DNA from: a virus | Taxonomy: Duplodnaviria; Caudoviricetes | IMG/VR virus record: IMGVR_UViG_3300025138_000046 | Location: 1-58,218 of that record | Reading direction: 5' to 3' (one strand) | Length of the DNA: 58,218 bases | Notes under the pieces: generated by a model | Database searches by the model: none | What the model was told of the DNA's origin: nothing | Seen by the model: only the letters and a program-made list of their open reading frames with translations | Translations under genes and position numbers: made by a program | Shown: piece by piece, positions 1-8,932 of the stretch | Numbering within the stretch: position 1 is the stretch's first letter | Layout of the letters: each line of letters starts with the position of its first letter

Positions 1-243
1 AGGAGATGACTCGTAACCATGATGACGTCTATTTGCTTTACCAACAAATCTACTACCTGGAGTAATACCAATAGTTCCTAAGTTATTACTAAGGCCATAA
101 AAATCAGCCATATCATGAGCTGAGGTAGTGCCGACAGTTAAACCAATTTTATCTCCATACTCATTCATAGATATAGGGTTAGATCCCCCAAACTCCGTTT
201 GAAGTTGTAGAAAAGTTATTTGTCCTGATGATGGTAATGCCAT
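1..243 (-). CDS. Tail fibre/adhesin-like protein, partial (runs off the window)
   Basis: Hand-translated, not in the ORF track: MALPSSGQITFLQLQTEFGGSNPISMNEYG...HDMADFYG. ATG at 243 overlaps the upstream TAA (TAATG). This N-terminal motif is typical of phage tail-tip/adhesin proteins. Confidence 0.7.
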   Translation of the reverse strand, partial: MALPSSGQITFLQLQTEFGGSNPISMNEYGDKIGLTVGTTSAHDMADFYGLSNNLGTIGITPGSRFVGKANRRHHGYESSP

Positions 244-1667
244 TATTCTAGCTCCAAGTAACACGAGGTGGTCGACGTACCAAAATACGTTGCGAGTGAA
301 TATGTTCCACTTAATGACCAGACTGCTGTTGCAGTGGTAGCGCCGTTATTGCTGACTGTAAATGTAGCTGCAGATCGATTCATAGTAAAAGTCGGAGTAC
401 CACTGTTATTACTCTGGCCAGTCCAAACTTTTAATGTAGTCCATCCGCTATTAGTCCAAGTTTTAGCAGAACCGTTAGTTTTAACTGAAAAGAATATAGT
501 ATTATTATTATTGTATAGAGTACTAATTACAGCATTGCTATGGCTTTGAAACGATGAAATAGTAGTATCAGTCATACTTGAATTAAATATCCAACTTGGG
601 TAGTATCCAGATGCATAGAAATATCCAGAGCCAGTAGTATAAGCTGATGTCCATGTTGTAGTATGAATAGTAGTAATAATATCTACTTTTGTTTTACTTA
701 AAAAATCTGAGAATTTAATCTCTCCGGAAGTCGGAATACCAGTCGTATTGTGAGCAAAGGCTCCAGCCCCTGGAGTTTTATAGTAATCTGATAATTTAAC
801 GTTTGAGCTATCTGCTCCACCAAACTCTTCAGCTATTCCATTATTAAGTGTAACACTAGCAGCAGACTTTACTTTAAATGTCCTTGATCCAGTTGTTCCT
901 ATACTAGTTAGTTCTGAATCAGAAATTTGGCCAGCAGACCATAACCATTCTCTATAATATCCTGCTCCGGTGCTATCGACTGTATTTGATGAGTTGGTAG
1001 TAGTAGTTTCTGTCACATCGCTTCTTAAATATTCTTGTCCATTAATTTCTATGCTATAAAAAGAATCATCCGTATTTGGCGGATTTGTTGATGTCCCCTT
1101 TAAAGTAAACATAAGCCAATTACCTTCAGCTTGAGTGTCTAGCACAGATCCGTTAGGATATGTATTACTTGCATTATTAAACCAACCTATATGATGGATT
1201 TCGTATGTGTTTCCGTCACCACCAGTAAATGAATCAGTGGTTATACTTCCTAAAGCAGCTGAATCAGATCCAAGGTGTACTCCAGAAACGTTTCTTGACG
1301 GAAACCAGGACTCACCAGAACCACCGAATTCAGGCCCATTGATATCAAACCAATCCTGATCACCCAAAAATCCTGATCCTTGAACACCGCCGCTAAAGGT
1401 TACACTAAAATTAGTATCATCAAATCCTCTACCAATCCTACCAGTACCAGAATTAGAAGTCTGTGATGTTTTGTATCCATATATAGTACCAGATAATGTA
1501 CTATCAAAGCCGTAAAATATATCTCCACCTTCTTGTGTTCTAGTTCCAACCCTTATACTAAGAGATGTACTTCCGGAACTCATATTAGTTTCTAAATAAT
1601 ATGAGGCACCTGACGCATTAGTTCCTGCATCTTGGAGAGCGAGTTGACCAGACGATATTATTGCCAT
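243..1667 (-). CDS. Tail fibre/receptor-binding-like protein (Ser/Thr/Gly-rich)
   Basis: S/T/G/N-rich composition; MAIISSGQLAL and IAEEFGG...LSDYY...GIPTSGEIKFSDF motifs shared with the downstream paralogue. Confidence 0.6.
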   Translation of the reverse strand: MAIISSGQLALQDAGTNASGASYYLETNMSSGSTSLSIRVGTRTQEGGDIFYGFDSTLSGTIYGYKTSQTSNSGTGRIGRGFDDTNFSVTFSGGVQGSGFLGDQDWFDINGPEFGGSGESWFPSRNVSGVHLGSDSAALGSITTDSFTGGDGNTYEIHHIGWFNNASNTYPNGSVLDTQAEGNWLMFTLKGTSTNPPNTDDSFYSIEINGQEYLRSDVTETTTTNSSNTVDSTGAGYYREWLWSAGQISDSELTSIGTTGSRTFKVKSAASVTLNNGIAEEFGGADSSNVKLSDYYKTPGAGAFAHNTTGIPTSGEIKFSDFLSKTKVDIITTIHTTTWTSAYTTGSGYFYASGYYPSWIFNSSMTDTTISSFQSHSNAVISTLYNNNNTIFFSVKTNGSAKTWTNSGWTTLKVWTGQSNNSGTPTFTMNRSAATFTVSNNGATTATAVWSLSGTYSLATYFGTSTTSCYLELE

Positions 1668-1930
1668 TACTTAATTATCTCCGTAATTATATCTTCAAAT
1701 TGTTCTATTTTGGCGACTCTATTTGGCCAAAGTATATATTCCTTTTCAGGATTTTTCTTTAAATTTGTTAAAAGTGGAAGTATAGAATTATAAAGCTTAT
1801 TCAGCTTATCTTCTGCAATAGCAAGTTCTGCGGTTTTATTATCTGCAGTTTTTATAGTTGATTGTACTGCTTCGAGTTCAAGCTCGTCTACAGCCGTAAA
1901 TCCAAAATCGAAATCTAATAGATTTGTCAT
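1667..1930 (-). CDS. Hypothetical protein (FDFGF...YILWPNR)
   Basis: ORF with AGGAG RBS and an upstream late promoter. Confidence 0.7.
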   Translation of the reverse strand: MTNLLDFDFGFTAVDELELEAVQSTIKTADNKTAELAIAEDKLNKLYNSILPLLTNLKKNPEKEYILWPNRVAKIEQFEDIITEIIK

Positions 1931-1948
1931 ATAATTCTCCTTTACTGT

Positions 1949-1956
1949 TATTTATA
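1949..1956 (-). promoter_or_regulatory. T4-type late promoter TATAAATA
   Basis: Exact TATAAATA in the intergenic region before the tail-like genes; gp55 is encoded in the window. Confidence 0.75.
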
Positions 1957-1981
1957 CAAGTAAAAAAGCTAAAATGCGGTT

Positions 1982-2311
1982 TTAGGAAGCTGTGTGGTAC
2001 TCAGGCATTTGATATGAAAGAGTTAATTCTTCACCAGGGTTTAGATCTCGTAATGTTTCAAGTGTAAAGAATCTGTCGCCATGATCGTTAATTCCTTCAT
2101 GATTAACACAACTTGGTGTGTCACTATGATTGGGGAATCCCCCTAATGGAGTTCTTATCCAAGAATCATGATATAAAATTCTTATGATTCCTAAATCTGT
2201 TCCTGCAGGGATATTGGTCTTTGCAAATAGACCTAGTCCGTCGATATCACTTTCTTTGACGGTCACTGTAGGTGGCAGTGGTCTCCAAGTGTTTCCAAAA
2301 TTAATCGTCAT
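1982..2311 (-). CDS. SET-domain protein (putative lysine methyltransferase)
   Basis: GLGLFA, NHSDTP and GEELTLSY SET motifs. Confidence 0.8.
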   Translation of the reverse strand: MTINFGNTWRPLPPTVTVKESDIDGLGLFAKTNIPAGTDLGIIRILYHDSWIRTPLGGFPNHSDTPSCVNHEGINDHGDRFFTLETLRDLNPGEELTLSYQMPEYHTAS

Positions 2312-2414
2312 CGATATTTCCTTTCAAGCGCTTTAGTATTTCTACTAAATCTTCAATTGTTTCTACATCAGTTTGATTTTCTGTATCAATCTCTACATTT
2401 ATCGTTATTTTCAT
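2301..2414 (-). CDS. Small hypothetical protein (37 aa)
   Basis: MKITINVEID start overlaps the upstream stop (ATGA); start refined from the track ORF. Confidence 0.55.
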   Translation of the reverse strand: MKITINVEIDTENQTDVETIEDLVEILKRLKGNIDDD

Positions 2415-2596
2415 AATCCAATTAATGACCAGCCATGGTTGGCTATGGCATTTAAAATAATAAACCAACATGTTGCCATATGGGTTAACCACCAAACAGT
2501 TCTAATTCCGGCAATTGTATCAGCTTGAGTATCGGTTTCACCAATTTTTTCACCCAAGCTTTTAGCCCAAATTCTCCACCATTTATTCATATTCAC
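2411..2596 (-). CDS. Small hypothetical membrane protein
   Basis: Tightly packed ORF, WRIWAKSLGEK motif, hydrophobic C-terminal half. Confidence 0.6.
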   Translation of the reverse strand: MNMNKWWRIWAKSLGEKIGETDTQADTIAGIRTVWWLTHMATCWFIILNAIANHGWSLIGL

Positions 2597-2785
2597 TTAA
2601 ATAACCTGGCCTCTGCGAATAAACTCATTACGAATTTTCTGTTTTAATTTCGGTGTAGTACTACCTGCTTCATACATCTTTCGCATTTCTTCAATCGATG
2701 TGCTCTTAGCATATGTATGAGTTATTGTTTTTTTGTTTGTCTTTCTGTCGACATTAGTAACAGACGGTTTTAGTTTAGTAGGCAT
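2597..2785 (-). CDS. Hypothetical basic protein
   Basis: Packed ORF; TATAAATA at 2804-2811 upstream. Confidence 0.6.
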   Translation of the reverse strand: MPTKLKPSVTNVDRKTNKKTITHTYAKSTSIEEMRKMYEAGSTTPKLKQKIRNEFIRRGQVI

Positions 2786-3378
2786 TAGAATTCTCCAGTT
2801 ATATATTTATATATATCCTTCCACTTCCAATATCTCGGTATATCTCCATCATAATATGCATTGTGATCATGAGCAACTAGTATTGAATCTAACCCTAAAG
2901 CTTTTCCAACCTCTGCATTGTCTGGTTTATCTTCTACCCAGAAACATCCGGTTCCTTCATATTCACTTAGCGCTTTGTCTTTATCAGCACCACATGGTAA
3001 GTATATGAAATCATCCCATACTTCTTTACCAAATAATAATTCGAGGTTTTGCGTTCTTAATCTTTGTGCATATTTGTTTTCGCTTAAAGAAGTTACACAA
3101 TGGAATTTATACCCATGTAACATATTAAGTCTCTTCATATAATAAACCGCATCTCTCAAAGGTGGTAGAAACGCAATCACTGCTGATTCATTAAATTCTG
3201 CAACCATTGAACTACCTAGCTCTTTTGAGATTGCAAATCTTTTTCCAACATTATATTGCATGGCATCTTCTGTAGGATATCCTTTATGGTTCATCCATTG
3301 TGTAAATGAGTATTCCCAATCACACAAAACTCCATCACAATCTACTAAAATTATGTTCTCTTTCATATTATCTCTCAA
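2785..3378 (-). CDS. HAD-family phosphatase / 5'-nucleotidase-like (T4 30.2-like)
   Basis: DCDGVL motif I and VEDK motif IV. Confidence 0.75.
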   Translation of the reverse strand: MRDNMKENIILVDCDGVLCDWEYSFTQWMNHKGYPTEDAMQYNVGKRFAISKELGSSMVAEFNESAVIAFLPPLRDAVYYMKRLNMLHGYKFHCVTSLSENKYAQRLRTQNLELLFGKEVWDDFIYLPCGADKDKALSEYEGTGCFWVEDKPDNAEVGKALGLDSILVAHDHNAYYDGDIPRYWKWKDIYKYITGEF

Positions 3379-3608
3379 TGAAACACTCTTTCCTTTCCGT
3401 CAATCACTAACTGATCAACGTGAATATTACCTCTTAGATCCATAAACCCTTGGCTAATGATCAACTCACAAAGTTGATCCCAAGCATTATCTTCTTTAGA
3501 GACCGCTAAATCTACCATCTCTTTTGTGTACAATGGTACTTCGACTCGTACGTCTTCGTTGACGACAAGCCTTCCTTTTATAACATTTTTACTCATATCT
3601 TTCCTCAT
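3375..3608 (-). CDS. Hypothetical protein
   Basis: First ORF after an early promoter. Confidence 0.6.
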   Translation of the reverse strand: MRKDMSKNVIKGRLVVNEDVRVEVPLYTKEMVDLAVSKEDNAWDQLCELIISQGFMDLRGNIHVDQLVIDGKERVFH

Positions 3609-3618
3609 TTATAAGTAT

Positions 3619-3648
3619 ATTATACCACACTTTATAAGGAATGTACAC
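3619..3648 (-). promoter_or_regulatory. Early sigma70-type promoter
   Basis: GTGTACA-17 nt-TATAAT with extended TG. Confidence 0.8.
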
Positions 3649-3661
3649 ACTTTTTTTCACT

Positions 3662-3871
3662 TTATTTAAAATATTTTCGCAACATTTCAAGCTTATCGTG
3701 GTAATCTGCCATGTGGCCGAGTTCTTTTTCTAATGTTTCCATTTGATCAGAGTGCTCTCCAACAGAAACGTGATTACTTAAAATAATCTCAGCATTCATT
3801 AAATGCTTTTCAGCTTGAGCTTCCATATATTTAATAGAAGTAGTGACCATTTTATCTCTTAAGTTTTTCAT
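3662..3871 (-). CDS. Hypothetical protein
   Basis: GGAG RBS before MKNLRDK; VGEH motif; start refined. Confidence 0.65.
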   Translation of the reverse strand: MKNLRDKMVTTSIKYMEAQAEKHLMNAEIILSNHVSVGEHSDQMETLEKELGHMADYHDKLEMLRKYFK

Positions 3872-3872
3872 A

Positions 3873-4556
3873 TTATCTCCCGAATAATTTTCTTCTTTTG
3901 TATTCAGCAATAGTTTCTAATAACTTATCGCTCCAATTGTCGCGATGTTCAACAAAGACCTGAGGTCCTTGATCTCCCGCTATTAAGGTTACCAATTGAG
4001 TTATTGGCATTCCTGTTCTTTCTTCCCACATAATTGCATAGGCTGTTTCTTGTACGAAGTAGCCTTCGCAATATGATTTTTTCTTTGGTTTAGCAGAGGT
4101 CTTATAATCGATAATAGAATTTTTACCATTCCATACACCAACACAATCTACTCGGCCAGCAACACCAAGATGCTCTGAGTAAAGCGGTGCTTCTTGAGCA
4201 TAAACTTTAGAAAGATTAGCGTCTAGAATTTCTTTTACTTCCATAAAATTAGATTTAACAACTAGATTTGCATCTAAGAAATAATCTTCTTCATTATCAA
4301 CATATCTTTCTAAAACCTCATGAACCGCAGTTCCGCGGGTTGAAGCTCTATGTGATACTCTATTTGCTTCTTCTTCTCCAACACGTGCTCTCCATCTTTG
4401 AATTGCTTCTTCGCTTAAGATCGAAAGTACTGTTGTAATAGAAGGATACTTAACACCATTAGGGGCGGCATATTTTCTGCCAGTACTAGTAGTGTTTGCC
4501 ACCATGTCAGTATAACCGAGGTCAATTGGCTCATGTTTAAAGTTTCCCATTTTCAT
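3873..4556 (-). CDS. PD-(D/E)XK exonuclease (Cas4-like)
   Basis: YPSITTVL, RGTAVH, AGRVDCV, IIDYKTS and Q..AY motifs. Confidence 0.85.
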   Translation of the reverse strand: MKMGNFKHEPIDLGYTDMVANTTSTGRKYAAPNGVKYPSITTVLSILSEEAIQRWRARVGEEEANRVSHRASTRGTAVHEVLERYVDNEEDYFLDANLVVKSNFMEVKEILDANLSKVYAQEAPLYSEHLGVAGRVDCVGVWNGKNSIIDYKTSAKPKKKSYCEGYFVQETAYAIMWEERTGMPITQLVTLIAGDQGPQVFVEHRDNWSDKLLETIAEYKRRKLFGR

Positions 4557-5220
4557 ATAATTCCTTCGTCATAATAAAATCTCTTACAAAACCGCTTCGA
4601 ACAATGTCTTCCCATTTAAATTCAATGTGTTCAAAATATTTCATGTGTTTAATAATTTGTATAAAATCCTTAATACCGTCTTTATCTCCGGCACGTGTAA
4701 AGTCTGATTGATAATAATCACCAGACATGATGAATCTACAATCTTCACCTAGCCTTGTTATAACTGAACAAAGCTCGTGGTAGTTACAGTTTTGTGATTC
4801 GTCGACTATAACAACTGCATTCTTAATAGTTAATCCTCTAATAAAAGAAGTAGTAAGAAATTCTATTTGCTTTGCTGAAATCATCTTGTTCCATCCATCA
4901 GTATCTTCAAATAGATCATTAACAATCGCTTTATATGGAGCGGTATAAGCATCTTCTTTTTCCTCTTGAGTACCAGGAAGAAATCCCATATCTCTAGTAG
5001 GAACTGCCGAACGCACAATAATAACCTTTTGATACTCTTTTTTTAATACAGCTTCTAAAGCCAAATACAAAGATATAAAAGTTTTTCCTGTACCTGCAGA
5101 TCCATCTAAACACATATGACTACCATTTGCAAATGCGGTAAATGCTAGGTTTTGGTTTTGTGTGAGAGGCTCTAATTTTGTTAAGTGCTCTATCCTCAAT
5201 CTAGAAGGTTTCTTATTCAT
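4537..5220 (-). CDS. phoH: PhoH-family ATPase
   Basis: GSAGTGKT, GFLPG, RGLT, DESQN, GDYYQSD and DIVRS motifs. Confidence 0.92.
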   Translation of the reverse strand: MNKKPSRLRIEHLTKLEPLTQNQNLAFTAFANGSHMCLDGSAGTGKTFISLYLALEAVLKKEYQKVIIVRSAVPTRDMGFLPGTQEEKEDAYTAPYKAIVNDLFEDTDGWNKMISAKQIEFLTTSFIRGLTIKNAVVIVDESQNCNYHELCSVITRLGEDCRFIMSGDYYQSDFTRAGDKDGIKDFIQIIKHMKYFEHIEFKWEDIVRSGFVRDFIMTKELYENGKL

Positions 5221-5459
5221 TTTACGTCGATATTTCCTTTTAGTGCTGGCGGTAATCCGCTTTTAATCCTTGATTGTACTTCTTTCCATCCGTCTCCAGC
5301 CTTACGACCGACGGATCCAGATATTTCTCCAATAACCATAGGAGCAGAAATGACTTGCTGAACGTTTTTATCTTTAACGTATTCTTCCATATCAGCTATA
5401 GACATCATCTTAGTATACACTTCTCCAGAAGTTAAATCTTTAAAATCATATAACGGCAT
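5217..5459 (-). CDS. FmdB-like small protein (zinc-ribbon cysteines absent)
   Basis: MPLYDF N-terminus and GWKEV motif. Confidence 0.55.
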   Translation of the reverse strand: MPLYDFKDLTSGEVYTKMMSIADMEEYVKDKNVQQVISAPMVIGEISGSVGRKAGDGWKEVQSRIKSGLPPALKGNIDVK

Positions 5460-6015
5460 TAAACCACTCCGGTTGTTCTCTTTTAGTCCAAACCATTTTG
5501 AACCTGTTTTGTTTTGTCATATAGAAATTTCTATACGATTCTACTGCATTTGTACCACCTAAATCATTAACAACACATTCAGGATTAGAACTCATTGCTA
5601 ATTTATATGGTGTCCGTACTTGGGTATGGGTAATATTGTTAGGAAGAATTTTAAGAATTTTCCTTAACTTTGTATCTGTGGAATGAACTTTACCATACCT
5701 ATACGTGTATTCATCGCATAAGGCAATAAAGTGTTCGTAGTGCCACGTGTAATTACAACATCCTTCGCGTGTCCATACTGTTGATGGATGATTATAATGA
5801 CATGCTTTATATAGTATGTCTTCACGAGCATCGTCTAGTTTGAAATATTGTAACATAGAACCTGATTTAGATGGTCTACGTTCCATCACACCATCTACCA
5901 TTCTATGAACGGTCGATAACATTTGTGCAGATTCTACAATCATTTTTACGACATGTTTGTCGCATTGCAATTGTGCTGCTTCGATCGGATCTTCAGATAA
6001 AATAAATATATTCAT
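5446..6015 (-). CDS. Pyrimidine-dimer DNA glycosylase-like protein
   Basis: MNIF...DKHVVKMIVESAQML, HYNHPSTVW and YR.FY...K motifs. Confidence 0.7.
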   Translation of the reverse strand: MNIFILSEDPIEAAQLQCDKHVVKMIVESAQMLSTVHRMVDGVMERRPSKSGSMLQYFKLDDAREDILYKACHYNHPSTVWTREGCCNYTWHYEHFIALCDEYTYRYGKVHSTDTKLRKILKILPNNITHTQVRTPYKLAMSSNPECVVNDLGGTNAVESYRNFYMTKQNRFKMVWTKREQPEWFNAVI

Positions 6016-6022
6016 AATGTAT

Positions 6023-6052
6023 ATTATAACACAGTTTCAGTCAAAAGTAAAC
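6023..6052 (-). promoter_or_regulatory. Early promoter
   Basis: GTTTACT-17-TATAAT; the -35 overlaps the terminator U-tract. Confidence 0.75.
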
Positions 6053-6079
6053 CCCTCAGTAAAATTTTTACTGAGGGGC
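6044..6079 (-). terminator. Rho-independent terminator
   Basis: CCCCTCAGTAAAA/TTTTACTGAGGGG inverted repeat followed by TTTACTTTT. Confidence 0.8.
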
Positions 6080-6083
6080 AGTT

Positions 6084-6254
6084 TTAATGTACCTTGCTTA
6101 ATGCCTCCATATCATCTAGGAAATGATTTAAATGCGCGATTTTTTTTTCTATCTTATACGCTAACACATCCTTTCCTTTTTTTAATAATTTTCTTTGATA
6201 GTATAATAGCTCATTTCTGTCCTTCTTAAGCTGTTCAATTTGAATATAACTCAT
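6084..6254 (-). CDS. Hypothetical protein
   Basis: GGAG RBS before MSYIQIEQLKK; start refined. Confidence 0.6.
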   Translation of the reverse strand: MSYIQIEQLKKDRNELLYYQRKLLKKGKDVLAYKIEKKIAHLNHFLDDMEALSKVH

Positions 6255-6320
6255 AAGCAATCTCCAGGTTAAAGTTAATTGAAAAACCATCATGATATAG
6301 ATTGTACCGTTGTCAGTCTC

Positions 6321-6746
6321 CTATTTTTGTATTAAATTTGGAAATGCGTCTTTAATTAATGTCTTTGTAATATATTTGTATTTAAGATTTTTATCTTTGG
6401 CATCACAAAAAAGTTGTGCATCGTCCGGGTGAATCGATTCAAGTAGCTCTACAAACTTTGTTTCTCTTTTAAATTGGTTTAAATTTGGAGAAGCTGCTTT
6501 AACGAAATTTCTGAATTTTGGATATTCAAACCTGAGCTCGCGTGGTTTTGATTGTCCTTCAACATTATACTTTTTAAAAGGCGGTGCACCTTCTGGTAAA
6601 GATAGTTGAATTGTTTCATCAAATCCTATACGCAATATGTCTTTAAGAGCTGTACAATCGTGCTCCTGTAAGTAAGCGACCCGTTTTCCTTTGGATCCTA
6701 ATTTGTTAGCGGCTGCTAATATTTCTGATATTAATGGTTTATCCAT
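6321..6746 (-). CDS. Conserved T4-like phage hypothetical protein
   Basis: LPEGAPPF and KRE..F..LLES.HP..A motifs; TATAAATA at 6846-6853 upstream; start refined. Confidence 0.7.
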   Translation of the reverse strand: MDKPLISEILAAANKLGSKGKRVAYLQEHDCTALKDILRIGFDETIQLSLPEGAPPFKKYNVEGQSKPRELRFEYPKFRNFVKAASPNLNQFKRETKFVELLESIHPDDAQLFCDAKDKNLKYKYITKTLIKDAFPNLIQK

Positions 6747-7593
6747 TATAAAATTCCTCCACACTTTCAATCAATAGATTGCATCTTTTTTTAATTAAAT
6801 AGTTTAATACTTTCATTTTCATTGGGACTTTTTGTCCGTTAAAAGTATTTATAACATTTTCTTGAATAGCTTCTGGGATTTTACCTAAATCGATTAGGGT
6901 AGTATTTCTTTGATAATTTCTATATTCTTCATGTGTCATCACACCCTTTAGATTATCAGAGTTCTCAGCCCAATATTGTATTTTTTTCTTAGTCATTGGA
7001 GTCTGGCGTATCTCATCCATGATAGCATTGTCTGGAGATAATATATTTGGTATACCGTCACCTTTATCGCCTCGACATATATGTTCAAAGCAATAAGTTC
7101 TAGGATTACTGTCTGTAACCATTTTCTTTTGAATAGGTGAGTATTGTTTTACATTGTTATATTTGTGAAGTTGAATAAAATCTTTATCTGAAGATATAAT
7201 CATAACTGGTTCGTGCTGACCAAATTCTTGAGTTTGCATTGTGAGTGTACCGATTACATCATCAGCTTCACAGCCTTCTAAGTGAATGACTTTGTACGGT
7301 AGGTTTTGACTGATCTCTTCTCTAATCAAATTTAAAATCCTAAAGATCTCATTCCAATCTTGAGTTGATTCAGCTCTATTCTTTTTACGATGTGCTTTGT
7401 ATAAAGGAAAATATTCTTTTCTCCAAGTATTCATTCCATCGACACAAATTACCATTTGGCCATATTCGTTACGATACTTTTTATTGTACATACGGATACT
7501 ATTAAGTATCATATGTCGTATCATGTTTTCATCATTAAGTTTTTGTACTATAATATTTGATAGTGCAATTTGACTATAGTCAAGTAAAATCAT
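6739..7593 (-). CDS. rnh: RNase H / 5'-3' exonuclease (T4 rnh)
   Basis: WRK..F..YK..R, EADD, SSDKDF.QL and GDKGDGIPN motifs. Confidence 0.92.
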   Translation of the reverse strand: MILLDYSQIALSNIIVQKLNDENMIRHMILNSIRMYNKKYRNEYGQMVICVDGMNTWRKEYFPLYKAHRKKNRAESTQDWNEIFRILNLIREEISQNLPYKVIHLEGCEADDVIGTLTMQTQEFGQHEPVMIISSDKDFIQLHKYNNVKQYSPIQKKMVTDSNPRTYCFEHICRGDKGDGIPNILSPDNAIMDEIRQTPMTKKKIQYWAENSDNLKGVMTHEEYRNYQRNTTLIDLGKIPEAIQENVINTFNGQKVPMKMKVLNYLIKKRCNLLIESVEEFYNG

Positions 7594-7922
7594 TGTTTAG
7601 TTTCCATTATTTGTTCATATATAACATCGAAGTAATCATGTAAAAAATGACTTACTCCTCCGTATCTCATTAGCATTGACGATATTAGGTTTATAATAAC
7701 AAACATATCCTTATATTCTGGATAGTTATTATCTCTAAAATCTATATCATCAAAAGAGCTACTTTCATTAAGCAATAGTTCTTCAATCATCAAATATGCC
7801 AATTGAGCTGTATCACGACATTCGTCTGTGAATTCTTCATACTCAAACAATGCATCTTCTTCCTCTTCAGCTATCTGCCGCTGACGTTCCTTGATTGGAA
7901 ATTGTATAATATTGTCTTTCAT
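7590..7922 (-). CDS. Hypothetical acidic protein
   Basis: NIIQFP N-terminus; first ORF after an early promoter. Confidence 0.65.
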   Translation of the reverse strand: MKDNIIQFPIKERQRQIAEEEEDALFEYEEFTDECRDTAQLAYLMIEELLLNESSSFDDIDFRDNNYPEYKDMFVIINLISSMLMRYGGVSHFLHDYFDVIYEQIMETKQ

Positions 7923-7929
7923 AATGTAT

Positions 7930-7959
7930 ATTATAACACACTTTTAAGCCAATGTACAC
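7930..7959 (-). promoter_or_regulatory. Early promoter
   Basis: GTGTACA-17-TATAAT. Confidence 0.8.
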
Positions 7960-7961
7960 AA

Positions 7962-8387
7962 CTATTTTGAAAAGTTTTTAACTGAGTTGCCGCCAATTCT
8001 GCAATTAATAATACCGTTATAATAATCATCTGTTAATAGTACCTCTCTGTCAAATTGTTCTTTAGTTTCCATATATGCACATTCAGATTTAGTTTTGCAT
8101 AAATGAAGAATCTCCCTGTAAAAACACCCCTCTCCCATATTTTGTACGTCTTCTACTAAATGTTTATTTGAACCCCAATATTCTTTCCAATCGGATTCTA
8201 CTAATAACTTTTTACGTCTTTTTCTCGTCTTTGTTATCGGTAGTGTTTTCTGACTCCAGAAAAACTTCTTCCCTACGTACTTCTTGCCTGTAGCTCTGTT
8301 CGTTATCATGTATACAAAACCGTACACGTCTTTGTGACTGAGCTCTTCTGGCAGTTGCCATTCTTTGCCTTGATAATGCCATGTCAT
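7962..8387 (-). CDS. GIY-YIG-like nuclease-domain protein
   Basis: GFVY.IT...KKYVGKK, Y.GS and E...Q...YYN motifs. Confidence 0.7.
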   Translation of the reverse strand: MTWHYQGKEWQLPEELSHKDVYGFVYMITNRATGKKYVGKKFFWSQKTLPITKTRKRRKKLLVESDWKEYWGSNKHLVEDVQNMGEGCFYREILHLCKTKSECAYMETKEQFDREVLLTDDYYNGIINCRIGGNSVKNFSK

Positions 8388-8388
8388 A

Positions 8389-8529
8389 TTACTCGTTAAA
8401 GTCTAGTTCTTCTAGAGCTTCATCCTGTTCTTCACCACAATGCGGACAAAATAAAACAATCTCATCTTCGTTGTGACCTATTATAGTTCGATTATAACAA
8501 TATTCACAATTTACTATTGATCGTTTCAT
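8389..8529 (-). CDS. Small zinc-ribbon protein (46 aa)
   Basis: Hand-translated MKRSIVNCEYC...FCPHCGEE...; below the track cutoff; ATGA coupling to the glutaredoxin stop. Confidence 0.7.
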   Translation of the reverse strand: MKRSIVNCEYCYNRTIIGHNEDEIVLFCPHCGEEQDEALEELDFNE

Positions 8530-8753
8530 ATGTGTTCCAATATTGATTTTAGTTTATCGTATCCACCAATTTTTTCTCCATCAACCGTAATTTGTGGGAA
8601 AGTTCGTGCTTGTGGAAAAGTTTCTAGCATCTGATCTCTTTCAAAATCTATTCCAAGTTGTCTATATGTATATCTCAATTCTCTGTGTTCAACTAATTGC
8701 TTTGCCATGTCACAATAGGGACAATTTGGCTTACCCCAAATTTCTATTTTCAA
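8526..8753 (-). CDS. nrdC: Glutaredoxin
   Basis: CPYC active site, TFPQI, IGGYD; TTG start with GGAG RBS. Confidence 0.9.
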   Translation of the reverse strand: MKIEIWGKPNCPYCDMAKQLVEHRELRYTYRQLGIDFERDQMLETFPQARTFPQITVDGEKIGGYDKLKSILEHI

Positions 8754-8932
8754 TTTACTACTCCATTTATTGCCCCAAATGCTAAAAGCATAAATCCAAA
8801 TACAGATACTTGAATTATAGATGCCCAAAATATCTGTCGCATTGGGTGTATTTCTGTTAATTTTTCTATCCAATCTTCACTCGGTGCTAGATTGGCGACT
8901 TGTAACATTTTTTCTTCTGTTGTTTTTTTCAA
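8750..8932 (-). CDS. Small membrane protein
   Basis: C-terminal hydrophobic helix; packed in the operon. Confidence 0.55.
   Translation of the reverse strand: MKKTTEEKMLQVANLAPSEDWIEKLTEIHPMRQIFWASIIQVSVFGFMLLAFGAINGVVN

Noticed and set aside
3873-4556. Cas4-like nuclease as a sign of CRISPR
   Set aside because: No repeat-spacer array or other cas gene was seen; this exonuclease is common in T4-like phages.
7962-8387. Mobile homing endonuclease
   Set aside because: Only a short catalytic-like domain with no DNA-binding tail; no intron or intein was seen in nrdA, nrdB, 43 or thyX.
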